The notes under the pieces were generated by a model. That model saw only the letters and a program-made list of their open reading frames with translations. It did not search any database and was not told the origin of the DNA. 64,000 nt of DNA, from positions 1 through 64,000 of the forward strand of contig JAAILG010000040.1 of NCBI GenBank assembly GCA_012026655.1. The letters are read 5' to 3'. The translations under genes were made by a program, and so were the position numbers. Source of the stretch: Hydrolagus affinis. Lineage: Eukaryota. Positions within the stretch are counted from its first letter, which is position 1, and each line of letters starts with the position of its first letter. Below are positions 11,191-24,239 of the stretch, in pieces.

Positions 11191-14100
11191 CGTCACATCA
11201 CTCAAAGAACTAAAATGATGTGTTTCGAATTCTCACTGGTACTGGATAATGACTCATTTTCTTTCCAATAAGTAAAATGGAGTCCATCTCAGCATCCCAG
11301 ATAGGAACAGTGATAGATAACTAAATCAACAAGGAAAAAAAATTTAAACTTCATACAACAAAGTTAGTTGTAATAGAGTTCAGTTACAGCATGGTAATGG
11401 GGATTCATTCAACTCTAACCAGTGGTGTAACTGGGCACAATCTAAGGCGTTTTATGTCACAAACTGGTTCAAAACCTGGGATAATTGGTTCTAGACTTAC
11501 TTGCTACATTTAGAGAAAGGAAAGGAATTGAAGCAGTCCTTTGGGACCACAGTGTAGCATTTCACCACTGGACAATAATAGGTTCGCTTCAATTCCAATT
11601 GCACACCAATTTTCAGCCAGGCTGTCTGGGATGGTGTGGAAACCATTAACTGGAGCAAACCAAATTATAGCTGTTGACAATCATGTTGTATGCTGGCCAC
11701 TGGCCACTGCTGTCAATTTCAGCTGATATCTCCACCTGTGCATAAAAATGAAATTAACATAAAGCAGGAATTAAATATATATATAGTCAAAACAAACCCT
11801 ACAATGGGTTTCGAAACCAATACTATAATTCAGTAAGGTGAGAACATGGAATATTTATGTTAAGTTGTCAGCTATCCAGTCCTAGTCTTTGCGATCATTT
11901 TGTCTTAACAATTGTATATGGCATACAACAAATCTTTAAATTCAATCTTAATTTGACAGCTAGCTTCTGTTTAAAATAGCAGGAAAACAGCCCATAAATT
12001 ACAGCTGGATTTGAGAATCTTCCACAATACTGCAGTTTATTTAGATACTGCAGTTTAAAGAAAGGGGTTTTGCAGGCTGAGACTCGGTGGAATTTCAAGC
12101 CCCAGGTTCATGTTCCTTTACAATATTTGTGTCAGAAACATATTCAAATCCCTAAACACATGGGACAATATGATTAATGCAAACTGAGTTCATTTACTGT
12201 TTGATTCCTGCATAGCACCAAGTGTCACTTTTCATTTTACAAGGCATTTATAAAATAAACCATTGAAAGTTAACATTTATTTAACAACCCAAAGCAGCAG
12301 ACAACTATGCTTGCGGGATATACATTATTACTTTATGATTTTAACAAAAATTACACTGCAACTAAGGTTGGAATAAAGCCTCATTTGCAAATACCAACTC
12401 ACTTCCAGACCTCAACAATGTGGATTTATTTACTTCCCAATCTCCGCTTCTATTTTCCACTGTCTTTACCCAAGAACTGTAGTTGAGGCAAAGCCACTGA
12501 ACTCACTTCAAAACAGCTTCATGCCTTGAAGCGAAGATGGTGGGATGAGGTTAATTGAGTCAAAGGATCTTCTTCAACCAAACGAATCTTGTAATTGTGT
12601 GTTTCTCTGATACCCTCCCTCCCTCGCCCCACTGTGGGCAAGGTATCAGAGGATGACTGGCAATTTATTTTCGCACAAAAACAGAGAATTGGGAGTGGGA
12701 AAAAAAGAAAGGAAGAATATAAAATGCAATCCACAGACTTCTGATGCCCAGCATTGCAGCACCCAACCAAAACTACCTGCTATTCTCTCACTCTACCCAC
12801 CATCTGCTCTCTTGAACCTTGCTGATAACCAAAACTACAGGCTTGGCCCTTTGCCCAGCTCCTCAATAAAAATTGACTGCAGTAACCTTTTTCAGAACAC
12901 AATACAATGGTGCGGAATGTTTGGACGTGCGATTTCATGTCGGATTAGAATTGGTCTCGATTGGCTCCACGCCAGATTCAACAACTCATAAACATTCCAA
13001 ACAAACCAATTAGATCCTATAAAATGTTGACACTGCCATAATTTAACACACTGCTATTTGCTGGACGACATGTTACGCTGTTGATTCAGTTCTACTTGTA
13101 GTCATCTGAGCTAGATTCGCAAATCCGCCACATAAACATTTTTCGGTACAGTTTATTTGTGCCTCAGCCTTCAGTGGAGACCAGGACTTGTAACTTTTCA
13201 GACTCAAATTAAGCATCTAATGCTCCATTTGTACCATTGGAAGCAAAGTGCTATCATCTTCCACCAGGAGAGTGATGCAGGGCTTGAAAGCCCGATGTAA
13301 TGCTACCCATTGCATTAGCTGCATGCACTGAACTCGGAAATTGCACGCTTTTAATGCTATTAGAGAGACGGTTAACATGACAGGCTCTTTAATAACACAA
13401 GGAGAGAAAAAAATACTGTCTCTCCAGCCCTCTCTGTAAAAGCGGTTTCAGTAGAAGGGGATCTAAATCAGCAGGGTGTCCCATCAACGTTTCGTTTCAA
13501 ATCATATTGCTCGTCTCCAGTTTGTACCACACTCTGATTCACCCCCATAATGTCCATTGCCAAACCAGCATTAAGAAATCATCCAAAAAAACAAACATCT
13601 CTGCAAAATTAGGATTGCTCACAGCAGACTATGTCAAATAGCTTTCATATCTCCTCTGGTTGCAGAGAACATGGCTTGTTTGTCCTGCCATTGATTGCAT
13701 CTTAACGAGCTCACTTAAAAAGCATTCTTCTTTTATTCATAAAACATCACTGCTTTATTTATTAAATAACTCAAGAAGCTTACCATTCCTGTTGGGTTTG
13801 TTTAAAGGCAACATTCAACTGGCGATACAAATGTAAATAATTATGCTTGTTCCAAGAGATGGGAGAACCAAGTTAAGAGCAAAGATCAATTCAAATAAAA
13901 GCATGTAGAAAATAACATCGGTGGGCTTTTTACTTTGAGACACACTTCACAGAGGAAAACTTCTTTCATTGCATTTTTATGTAAAGGGAGTGTATAACTC
14001 ACAAGGAAAATCTACTGAATGCAGTATCTTTGACTTCAAAAGTTTTAATTTTGCAAAGGATTTTTTTTCATGACATTTACTATCACTGCACGTACATCTT

Positions 14101-14199
14101 GCAGATGGAATGCAAGTGCAACATTCTTTCATAGTCCCCGCTGATAATATTACTCAGTACAATTTGTTATTCACAGTTGTGATCGATTATGTTTGTTAT

Positions 14200-14715
14200 C
14201 TCATCCAGAACTCTGTAGCCCATGTCCTCTCTCACGCCAAGCTCCCCAACCCCATCTCATCCATTCTCGCCCGATTCCATTGGCTCCCCATCATTCAGAG
14301 AATTGAATTCAAGATTCTGGTCCTGACCTTTAAAGCCCTCCATGGCTTTGCCCCACCCTAACTCTGCGACCTTGTAAGCCCCTACCAACCTGCTACCTCC
14401 GCTCAGCGGGCTCCTCCCTGCTCCATGTCCCCCGACCCACCCACCTCACCATCGGCGGGCGAGCCTTCAGCCACTCTGTCCCTAACCTCTGGAATTCCAT
14501 CCCGCAACCCCTCCGCCTCGCCCCCTCCCTAGCCTCCTTCAATTCCCATCTCAAGATCCTCCTCTTCGAACGTGCCATCAGTCCCCCCTCTTCCCCTCGT
14601 AATCATAATCCTGACTCCAGTTCAGATCTGAAATACTGATTGTCCAGCGCCTTGGGACGTCCTCCTGATGTGAAAGGCGCTGTACAAATGTCATTGTCTT
14701 ATCGTTGTGGTTGTT
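14200..14715 (+). mobile_element. L2 LINE 3' portion (ORF2 C-terminus and tail)
   Basis: IQNSVAHVL...ISSILARFHWLPIIQRIEFKILVLTFKALHGFAPP matches the L2 LHWLP/FK motif; 3' stem-loop gcgccttgggacgtcctcctgatgtgaaaggcgc and gtt-rich end. Confidence 0.9.
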
Positions 14716-14719
14716 GTCA

Positions 14720-14880
14720 TCACCAACAACTTGCATTTACACAGCAGCTCCCATCACGCAGGGTAGTGTCCCAGAGGGCTTGACAACAGGGGAGCACGAC
14801 AGCGAGGGGAGTGGCGAGGTGACCATAACACGATGGAAGAGGAAAGACTTCAGGCGCGATCTGAGCATGCGGAAGATGTT
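14720..14880 (-). mobile_element. Second, divergent L2 3' end, tail-to-tail with the previous copy
   Basis: caacaacttgcatttacacagc...gtcccagagggcttgac...ggaagaggaaagacttcaggcgcgatctga. Confidence 0.6.
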
Positions 14881-15173
14881 CGTTCAAGTACCTCCCAATT
14901 CGAGGACAAATGAATGAGTCAGATAACACAATCAGCAATCAACAGTGCCTTGGATCACTACACATCTTTGTCGGGCTTGTATTCTCAAAACCAATTCAAT
15001 AGCAATGAGATCCTTCTTGCTGTCCACTACTCCTGCACTTAGAGGATAGATTTTCCACCCTGGATTCTCTAAATCCTCTGGCACAAAGAAAGCTCAATGT
15101 TGAACTGACTGGACCTCACTGAATCTTACTCATTTACTGGACTATTATTTCACACACAAAAAAGGGCGCATTT

Positions 15174-15385
15174 TATAATAATAATAATCCTTGCATTTGA
15201 TATAGCGCTTTCCACATCTTATCAATGTCCCAAAGCGCTTCCCAGAATATACTGTAAAGTGAATTGACTGTATATATTTGTGGGCGAATCGCGGCAGCCA
15301 ATTGCGCACAGCAGTGTCCCACACACAGTCATGGATTGAAATGACCAATTTTATTATTGTGTTTTTTTTTTGGAGGGATTATTTA
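15174..15385 (-). mobile_element. tRNA-derived SINE, 3' half
   Basis: (ata)n ccttgcatttgatatagcgc...cagccaattgcgcacagcagtgtcccac. Confidence 0.87.
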
Positions 15386-15479
15386 TTGGTTTTTGAAGAT
15401 CTTTTCAGCACGAGGAAACCAACAATGCACTACTTGCCGATTTTGTTGAATTGCTAGCATTGTTTGCAGGTTTAAAACC

Positions 15480-15830
15480 CACTTTGGGACTTGAATTCAT
15501 AATCTAGGCTCATTCGCCAGTGCACGACTGGGAGACTGTTATACTGGAGGACAGTGTACTGGTAGAATGTTGCATTGGAAGGGTGCTGCAATGTCAGAAA
15601 TGCCATCTTTCAGGTGATGCATTGCATAGCGGTCCTGTTGCCTGTTCAGGAAGACACTAAAGCTCTCGATTGGAACGGGAGTTTCCCTTGTTTTCTGCAG
15701 ATGAACAGTCCATTCACTTCAAAGCTGTTTGTGGGGCATTGCTGTGTGCAAAATGTCCGCCCGTGCTTAGCTACAAGTACACACTTGATAACAATTCCCT
15801 GTGAAGCATTTGAAATGTTTTGAGTGCAAA
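15480..15830 (+). mobile_element. Older DeuSINE (SacSINE1-like)
   Basis: cataatctaggct..., gctgcaatgtcagaaatgccatctttcagg, gctgtttgtggggcattgctgtgtgcaaaatg. Confidence 0.65.
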
Positions 15831-16559
15831 GCTTATTATCGTTGTAGAGCTCTCACAGAATTCTCGATAGTATTCAAATTTCTCCACTTTCAGGACTGGT
15901 ATCAGGATTAATTAGCACAGAAAGGAATTCACAAGCAAGTTTGTTAGAGCGTGGAGGCATATTTTATCTTATTGCAGTTCTACGTGCAGTTTAGGACATG
16001 ATACTTGCAGTTCATTGCGGTGCATTGGAGAATACCATTCTCCGAAGGATCGGGTTTACCTCGCCATCCCGTTCCCCCCCACCCCCTCCAAACACACCCA
16101 AACATAACCTTTATGTCGCCTTGAGAAAGAATAGAAAGGTCCCTTTAGATGTGCTCCTTCAGAAGACTTCTAAATTAGCCGTAATCCCTTGAAACGGAGT
16201 AACTTTCCAATTTCTCTTGAAGATTGTATCATTGCCATATCTCAGGAATAAGACTCATCCTCAGAATAGCAATCCATTGTATCGGTTACATAAAAAAGGA
16301 TCTGTGCAAAGTCCAAACCTATTGTGAATTATAGACAATGTTCACAGAGGCACTGCATATGTGTTGCTTGTGACTTATTTATTTGCATTGGGGGCATCAT
16401 CTTTCACATTTCATGCTGACCTGGGTTGCTTTTTTTCCGGACAACTCTCCCGCGATAGAACCTGATCAAACTCTTCAGCAGGGCTCTCCAGAACTATTAG
16501 AACAAGTAATGAAATATTTACGACAGTGAGGACTGGGGGCAAAAAATCTCTTCATTCTA

Positions 16560-16743
16560 GACTCCCTCGTCCACACCCTTGCCTCCTGCAAAGCCTATCT
16601 CAAGACGTTCCTCTTTGACTGTGCTTTTGATCATCCTCCCATCCCCAGCTCCCTTGCCCTCCAACTTCCAGCTCAAGTCTTAAACCCTTGAGTCTTGGGT
16701 CATCCTCCCGACACGAAAGGCACTATATAAATGCAATTTGTTG
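16560..16743 (+). mobile_element. L2 LINE 3' end
   Basis: ccttgcctcctgcaaagcctatctcaagacgttcctctttgac...cttgggtcatcctcccgacacgaaaggcactat. Confidence 0.75.
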
Positions 16744-17078
16744 AGTCCTGTAGCTTGGTGGTTTGAGGAGCTGGGTTTGATTCCCGACAAGGCGAAACGT
16801 GAGGCAAGTTTCCTCAACTCCACACGCCCCTGTTTACCTAGCGGTAAGTAGGAACCTGGTCGATTGGTAGATTGCTTTTCCGGTAGGGGATTATTTCCTT
16901 CAAAGAACAAAACAATAATAATTTGGCCATTTAATCCACGACTGCTGTGCGCAAGAGGCTGCTGCTTTTCGCCCACAAAGTATACATTCAATTCACTTTG
17001 CAGTATATTCCGTGAAGTGCTTTGAGGCATCCAGAAGACCTGAGAGGCGCTCTATCAAATGCAAGGGTTATTATTATT
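16744..17078 (+). mobile_element. tRNA-derived SINE, long subfamily with extended CORE-like middle
   Basis: Extra segment ccctgtttacctagcggtaagtaggaacctggtcgattgg after ctccacacgcc, also present at ~55635-55825 and 62878-63243. Confidence 0.85.
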
Positions 17079-17596
17079 TGTCATTTGTTGTTGTGTTGTA
17101 TTATTGTCACCTTCACCACAGTTTAACACACTAAGCCTTGCTCTCTTGCATTCCTGGAAAATCCCACTCGCTGTCCTTGAACTTTCTCTCCAAGCTTTCA
17201 AAACCTCTGTAAAATAATTAATACCTCCCCGACTGTGCTTTCGTTCACCTTGCCTCCTTACCTTGCTCAGCGATCCTCATTGTAAAGCACTTTGAGACGT
17301 TATCCAGCGTGGAATCACATGCAAGTTTGTTGGCAACATCTGTTGCGGAAGAGCAAATTTATGGAGTTTGAGAGGGAGGGAATAATTTGTAAAATTGTCA
17401 ACATATTTCACTGATATTTAATATGAAGCAAGAAAAGCTCAGCTTTGATTATGTTTGTAGAGCATACTGAACAGTCATGTACTGTAATCTACTAGCTGAT
17501 AACCGACAAAAAGAGAGTACTGATTTGAGTTTCATCTCTCCTTGGCAAGGTATTTTTTTCCAATGTCACCGGACCGAATAGACAAACAGAACCACA

Positions 17597-17675
17597 ATTT
17601 AATGTCTCATATTGAGGTTAAGACACTAACTGCAGGCACCTTGCAGTGTCTTAACTTCAAGATGAGACATTAAAT
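17597..17675. repeat. 31-bp inverted repeat (79-nt hairpin)
   Basis: atttaatgtctcatattgaggttaagacact / agtgtcttaacttcaagatgagacattaaat, 2 mismatches, 17-nt loop. Confidence 0.85.
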
Positions 17676-17860
17676 CAGCAAACTTTTAAAAATGTCGAGG
17701 TTCAAAGTCTCTGGTCTGTCAGTTTCCAGTGCTACAAAAGAGCCCACGGGGACTTGTTTTTAATCAACATTAAAAACTCACCGACATTTAGATGGCGTTT
17801 AGCAGATTTCCACGCAGGCTCACTGCTCCTCTCTCCTTGCCATCAGCACAGAACAAGGGT

Positions 17861-17978
17861 TGCAGTGGAATTAGCAGGTTTAATGCAAGCTGCCAGCATG
17901 CATCACTCCACAACAAGACCGGATTCACATCAGATCCCTGGAGTGCAACTGCCCTATAAACCTGTTAATTCCACTGCA
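17861..17978. mobile_element. 118-bp MITE-like element with 22-bp terminal inverted repeats
   Basis: tgcagtggaattagcaggttta ... taaacctgttaattccactgca (1 mismatch). Confidence 0.65.
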
Positions 17979-17980
17979 GT

Positions 17981-18315
17981 GGAGTCCTGCAGCTCAGTGG
18001 TTAGCCTTACAAGCATTAGACCCGTGTTCAAATCCAGGCAGGTCAAGGCATAGCCCGGGGCAAGTTTCCTTACTCCACGCACATGCACACCTAATAATAA
18101 TCCCTCCAAAAAAACCACAATAATAAAAATTGGTCATTTCAATCCACAACTGTTTGTGGGACACCGCTGTGTGCAATTGGCTGTCGGGTTTCACCCACAA
18201 ATATACAGTCAATTCACTCTACAGTATATTCTGTAAAGAGCTTTGAGACAGAAGATGTACATCTAGAAGATGTAAAAAGCACTATATCAAAAGCAAGGAT
18301 TATTATTATTATTAT
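17981..18315 (+). mobile_element. Full-length tRNA-derived SINE
   Basis: ggagtcctgcagctcagtgg head, gttcaaatcc B box, standard body, (tat)n tail. Confidence 0.9.
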
Positions 18316-19604
18316 TAAAAACCGGGGTTGAAAGTGAAAGAAGTAGTTCTACAGAGATCGGACAAGCTTGAACGAAGAGTCATTCTTAAAATGACTGACC
18401 ACCGAACACTGAATCTCTGAACACTATAGGTCCAAACATATTTAAACATACACCGGGAATTGACTCCAAACTGGAGATATACTGTACATGTGGTAATGCA
18501 ATATACTGTAAGCTTAGAAAAGTTCAAAGGTTGGGCAGAACTGGTACAGCGATGATGCTAACTTGCCTTCACTGGGAAGAAAGATAACAAGGATACAGTA
18601 GAAATTAATTAGACTTTATTAATAATTACATTGCACATCCGAATGGTCATGTTAAATCAAATCTTATTATTTTACCAATTTGTTTTACAGAATTGAAACA
18701 CAGCTGCAGCAATGGCTGGGTTGCTCTCAAAGGTGATTGCCTTCAGGGAATAAGATATTCCAAGTGATTTGCAAGAGCGTAAAATGGAAAACATGTCAAA
18801 AAGTAATTGTCAGAGAAGATAAAAAGTGTAAAAGAACATAATACACCAGAGCTTGCAGTGAAAGTATCAGTGGCAGAAAGACACAGAGGCCATAATGAGT
18901 TAAGTAGACTGGAAACTTATATAGACTTAGTTAAATTGAATTTTTCTTTCAAAATGATGAATTAGAAATTGAAGACAATAAAATCATACAAAACCCTGGC
19001 TTGAATTAGTTTGGGCTCCTTTATCAACAGGCAATGTATTTTATACAATAACAGGAACCCAATCTTTTAATGGGCTCACAATTTCTTTTGCAGTTTTCCT
19101 TGCAATCTATCATTTTAAATCTACCGTCAGTTCTCTTTCCCTCTCCCTGAGGGAAACATTAGTTGTCTGAATCTCCTGCCCAGAATGTACCAGTGGCTGA
19201 TTAAACATTTAAGAAAAAACATAATTTGTGTGACATTAGAATATGTCAGGTATATGTGATTTATACCTATACATCCCTAAAAAAAATATTTACAGGCATG
19301 GCAATTTCTGAAGCTGGGCATTGATAGTCAAGCCTGTAATTCAAACCCAATCATTTTCAAAGGAGACTTGCTTGAAATGAGAAGGTACACAGATTAAAAA
19401 TCCAACATATTCATTCATTCATTCATTCCTGGTCAGGTCATCAGATTTTATTAGGTGGGGCTTGTCTTTAAAGCACAGTTCTTGAACACAGTGTACAAAT
19501 GGTTGTCCGAACCTGGTAATCAAAGCCACCAGCAAATTTGATAATTGGGACACATTCCATTTGATCAGAAACTCAACAAATCATGAGCAAGATAATAATA
19601 AGCA

Positions 19605-19815
19605 GAAGAATAATCCTTGCATTTTATATAGCGTTTTTCACGTCTTCTAGACATCTTAAAGCGCTTCACAGGATATATCGCAAAATGAATTGACTGTATA
19701 TTCGTGGGAGAAATGCGACAGCCAATTAGGCACAGTAGTATCCCACAAACAGTCGTGGACTGAAATTACCAATTTTTATTATCGTTTTTTTTTGGACGGG
19801 TTATTATTAGGCATG
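19605..19815 (-). mobile_element. tRNA-derived SINE, 3' half
   Basis: Reverse complement of the tail and Deu-like segment. Confidence 0.85.
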
Positions 19816-21512
19816 TTATTAAGAAGCTCAGAGAGGCAATTTCTCCTCAACATCAAGGTTTACATTTAAAAATCAAGCTTTACATTTAATATTCAGATAT
19901 ATTTTGAGGAGAACAATGTGGATGCCTTAACATTTTAGTCAACAAAGTTTAAGGTGGAAACGCAAAATGTATTTGATGTCAAGAGCTTCAGGATTGGTAT
20001 CATAGGGATACAGGGATAGGAGGAGGCCATTTATTCCATCAAGCTTGTACCACCAGTTTATTATCTGTGGCAGATCTTTTAATTGCCTCCTTCTCACCGT
20101 GCTCCTTAATACTCTTACTTCCCTGATCAGAATTCCAGGCACTATATTTACAAAGCAATTATAGAGATTGTGGAATTCTCTGAGTGTACTGTTTTTTTTA
20201 CAATACATAAACGTGTCATGCGGTAAATCCTTTTGCTTTTGTTCATAGGTCTAAATCCCAAAATGAATGAATTTACAATGGGCCAAATTCTTGAGTATTT
20301 GTGGTTGAAAATTCAAGGTTAAAAGAGATCTACACATCAAACGAGCACAATCAGAATAGGAACGATAATTTGTGCGAGGCAATTTGCCTTTGCTTAAAGG
20401 TTTAAGATGAGAGTCATCACATTCTTACAGAATCTAAGAGAGAGGCTCCTGCAACCCCTTACAACTCATCTTTATCTTAAGCTAAACAACCTTTATTTAT
20501 ATATCCACCTTGGTATTAGGTCATCTAATTTAATCCCTACACTCTGGGACCTGTCTCAGTGCCACAAGCAAAACAATCAGTAATATGTTTACCCTTTATT
20601 GCCTTCAGAAAACGACTTAGTGCTATCTGCTGCTTGCAGAACTGATTGAAAAAAAATCAACAGTAAATTTAATTTAAATGCCATCTAAGAGAAAGTAACT
20701 TTTATTGGCTTGATAATTATATCTCCACTCTACCTATGTGTAGTTGACTGAATTGTTTTGAAAACAATAAAGTAAGGTAGATGCCTGGACCTTGAAAAAA
20801 ATATGCTTTATCGAGGATTAGAAACATATTCACTTATATAAAATTTACAACAAATACTACTGAGGTCATATACATTATGCACTGCCCAGAATTGCAAGAC
20901 AATAATGAGCTTGCACTTTGAGTATGCTGCGTACACTCTCTCCAAAAAGCCAATCAATTAGTTTAATTGAACAAAATTGTTGCTCAGACACCAAAACACC
21001 AGCCCTGTGAAACGTTAAACAAGGAGATATTTACTGGTGTGAACAGGTAAAGCAGTTTGCTCGCTTAATGAGACTAATTCTGCAAGACATTCACACAAAG
21101 CCACTCTTAATGTTTGTCGGCCTAGGAATGGGATAGGTTGATTATCCTTTAAAAGTCCCCAAGCAAATATGAGTTTCACCGTGTTAGAGCTATGATTCAC
21201 CAGCTCATTTTTCTTTGCTACTTAGGAATTTTAAGGACCAAATCAGTCTTGGCTGTCAACCCGAATCCCTCTCCACTCCCCCCAGCCATATAAAGAAACA
21301 TACAAGTCCTCATTGAGACTTCTCTTTTCAAGCCGGAGTTGAAGACACCAGCAATTATTTCAACGGGTCAACAGAAAGGGTGGCCAAGGCTTGTGTGGGA
21401 TACAGCTTGATCCTGTAAAGGGAAGCCAGAAGGATTGGTTTTCTGGATGGAAGAGATCAACAAGCTGAAGTGCTTTCTTTATTCAAAACTCTTTTGTGAT
21501 CTTTTGGATTTT

Positions 21513-21814
21513 GGTGTCCTGTAGCTCAGTGGTTAGAGCACTCACCTTGCAAGCGAGAGACCCGGGTTTGATTCCTGGCAGGGCGAAACCTTGTGTAAAT
21601 TTTGTTACTCCACATACCTGATAATAATCCCTCAAAAAATATTATTTAAAAACTGATCATTTCAATCCACGACTATTTGTGGAACACTGCTGTGCACAGT
21701 TGGCTGCCATGTTTTGCCTACATATATCACTTTACAGTATATTCTATGAAGCGCTATGAGATTTCTAGAAGACGTGAAAAGCACTACATCAAATGCAAGG
21801 ATTATTATTATTAT
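21513..21814 (+). mobile_element. Full-length tRNA-derived SINE
   Basis: gtcctgtagctcagtggttagagcactcaccttgcaagcgagagacccgggtttgattcc head with TGC at the anticodon-equivalent position; standard body and tail. Confidence 0.9.
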
Positions 21815-22347
21815 TTTCTTCTGACTGATGCACGTTCCATCCAACACCAAGTCTCACAAGTGATAGCAATCCATCAAGCAGATTGGGTGGGCAATCAAGT
21901 TCAAAGAAAACCCTAACTAAAGCAATGCGACATTGCACAATTAATTACAAGATATGCCACATATAGCATTCTTCGGTACCAAACAAATTGCTATCGGGAG
22001 GAATGTAAGCTTCTGGAATTCAGAAAGCAGAGTTCTGCCCTGGAGTATTGTTCTAAATGTCTGCTGTCCAGCATGAGAAATTAAACATTCTTACAACTCT
22101 CTCCTGGAGGTACGCCTTGTGAGACTCAAATGCCACAGAGCTGCTCAGCTGACATCAGCTGCAGGCCCCATCATCAGGCAATGTCTTAGGAGCCCAATGC
22201 AACTGGGAAACCTTCTCGCCTCCAGCACACCAGTGCTGTCCAAGGCACATCCAGTATCAACGAGGTACTTAATTTTCTTGTCTGAAACATCCTCCTAATT
22301 GGGATCAGGGATGCTGAGCTGTGCAGCATCTTTTGAGGCTACTCAAT

Positions 22348-22545
22348 CATAGGAGACTGCAGCTAGGGAGTAGGTTATTCAGCCCCTTTAGCCTGTTCCG
22401 CCATTCTATAAATCATGGTTGATCTGTACTTCCAAGTCCATTTCCCTGCCCTTACCCAGTCTCCCTTAATACTCTGAACTAACAAATATCTATCCACCTT
22501 AGTCTTCAAGATGTGAATGGACCCAGTATCCACAGTCTTTTGGGG
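22348..22545 (-). mobile_element. CR1 LINE 3' end
   Basis: ggagtaggttattcagcccctttagcctgttccgccattc..atcatggttgatct, the CR1 3' UTR; minus ORF includes LKTKVDRYL..SIKG. Confidence 0.8.
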
Positions 22546-23759
22546 GAGAATGTCCGTCTGTTGTCTTGGCCACTGAATGTGGTTAATGAGGAAAAGAAAA
22601 GGCGATAACATAACAAAACTATATTTCTATAGCACCTCTCAAGGCAAGAGGACGTCTCAAGCATTGGACAATTTCAGTGTTTTGGACATGGGCAAGGAAA
22701 TAGATATTTTGTAAATTTGGGGGCTTTGTTAAAAAAACGCTGTTCTTTTTGTGCCAGGTTTGCTTTAGGTCAGGGCAGTCTTTTTCTTACTTCCCAGTCG
22801 CTTTGCCCCTGTTCCGATCCTCCCCATTGCAAGCTGTTACACTAACAACTCTGTCTAAGAATGACTGGGTCGCAGAATTGGTCTCTTCCAATGATTTGCA
22901 CATTAAGCACTCTTCCCAAAAGCATTACAGCCGAGGTGAGGGTGTGGGGGGAGGGGGGGAGGAGTTTATGCCTCGGTGTGAATCCCTCACCTAGACTGGA
23001 GAAAAGCCAGCACAAAGCAGAGGGCTTGCAGTGAGTGTACTGGAGCTTGACATATTCATATGAACATACAATCCAATTTACATTTAATTTAGAGCATTTC
23101 ACATCTAGAGAACATTTGAAAGCACTTCACACAGTTGTCTGGGGACAGCTGGTTGGGGAGGGCGGGGGTGGGAACTGAAAAGGTACAGTCAAAGGTAAAT
23201 TTTGAGCTGACCTTTGAAACCAGTTTCCAAATTCAAATTACAGTATTGGTCATTTAGAAAGTGCATTAACACGCCATATTTTTGATGAATGGTAGGGCGA
23301 GCGAATGTAGTGCAAATGGATTTTGCTGATCATCCAATAATAGCTTGCAAGCACAAAAATATGCATACATTTTATGCAAAAGAGGGCCAAAATATTGCTG
23401 TGATTTATTGCACATTAGTATTTGGGAATTGGGAATAAAATCTTCACAGGTTTTAGAAATTGATAACGTACTTCTCTGATTTGGTAAAGATGTTAAATTC
23501 CAATTGCTTGAGTCTATTTCATCCAACACAACCTTTCCTTAATTGCGGTTATGTTTTAGGCTCTAACATTTTCTGTCATAGCAATCTCTTGCTCGATAAA
23601 ACTGTGAGGCAGGAACAGACGAAATTAGCAACAGGGGAAGGGAAAGCTATTCAGCTCATCAATCCCGCTGCAACACAGACAATTTCATGCTCCACATGCT
23701 GCAACCTTTTCCAATCCTACCATCACCACCGTATCCCTTAATACTTTTACTCCCCATGT

Positions 23760-24122
23760 ACCTCCACAACCTCGCCCCATCCTACATCCGTGACCTTCTC
23801 ACCCCCTACCAACCTGCCTGGCCCCTGTCCCCCGACCCATCCGCCCCACAATTAGTGGGGGAGCCTTTAGCCACTCTGCCCCCAATCTCTGGATCTCCAT
23901 CCCACAGTCCCTTCGCCTCGCCCCCTCCCTCGCCTCCTTCAAGTCCCGCCTCAAGACTCTCCTCTTCGATGGTCCCATTGGCATGGTCCTCTTCGATGGT
24001 CCCTCCCCTACCCTTCCTCCCCCCGTCTCCAACTCGGGTCTGAAACAGTGACTGTCCAGCGCCTTGGGACGTCCTCCTGACGTGAAAGGCTCTATACAAG
24101 TGTAATTTTGTTGTTGTTGTTA
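23760..24122 (+). mobile_element. L2 LINE 3' portion
   Basis: LHNLAPSYIRDLLTPYQP; paralogous to 14340-14715; ends gcgccttgggacgtcctcctgacgtgaaaggc...(gtt)n. Confidence 0.88.
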
Positions 24123-24239
24123 TCTATCAGTCTCTCTTTTTCTCTCAAATTCCCCATCCGATTTCTAACCTATAGCTTCCTGGCACCATGCAAAAAAAAA
24201 AGCATGTTTTGTATTAAGAACAGAAAATAAGACTTCAAT

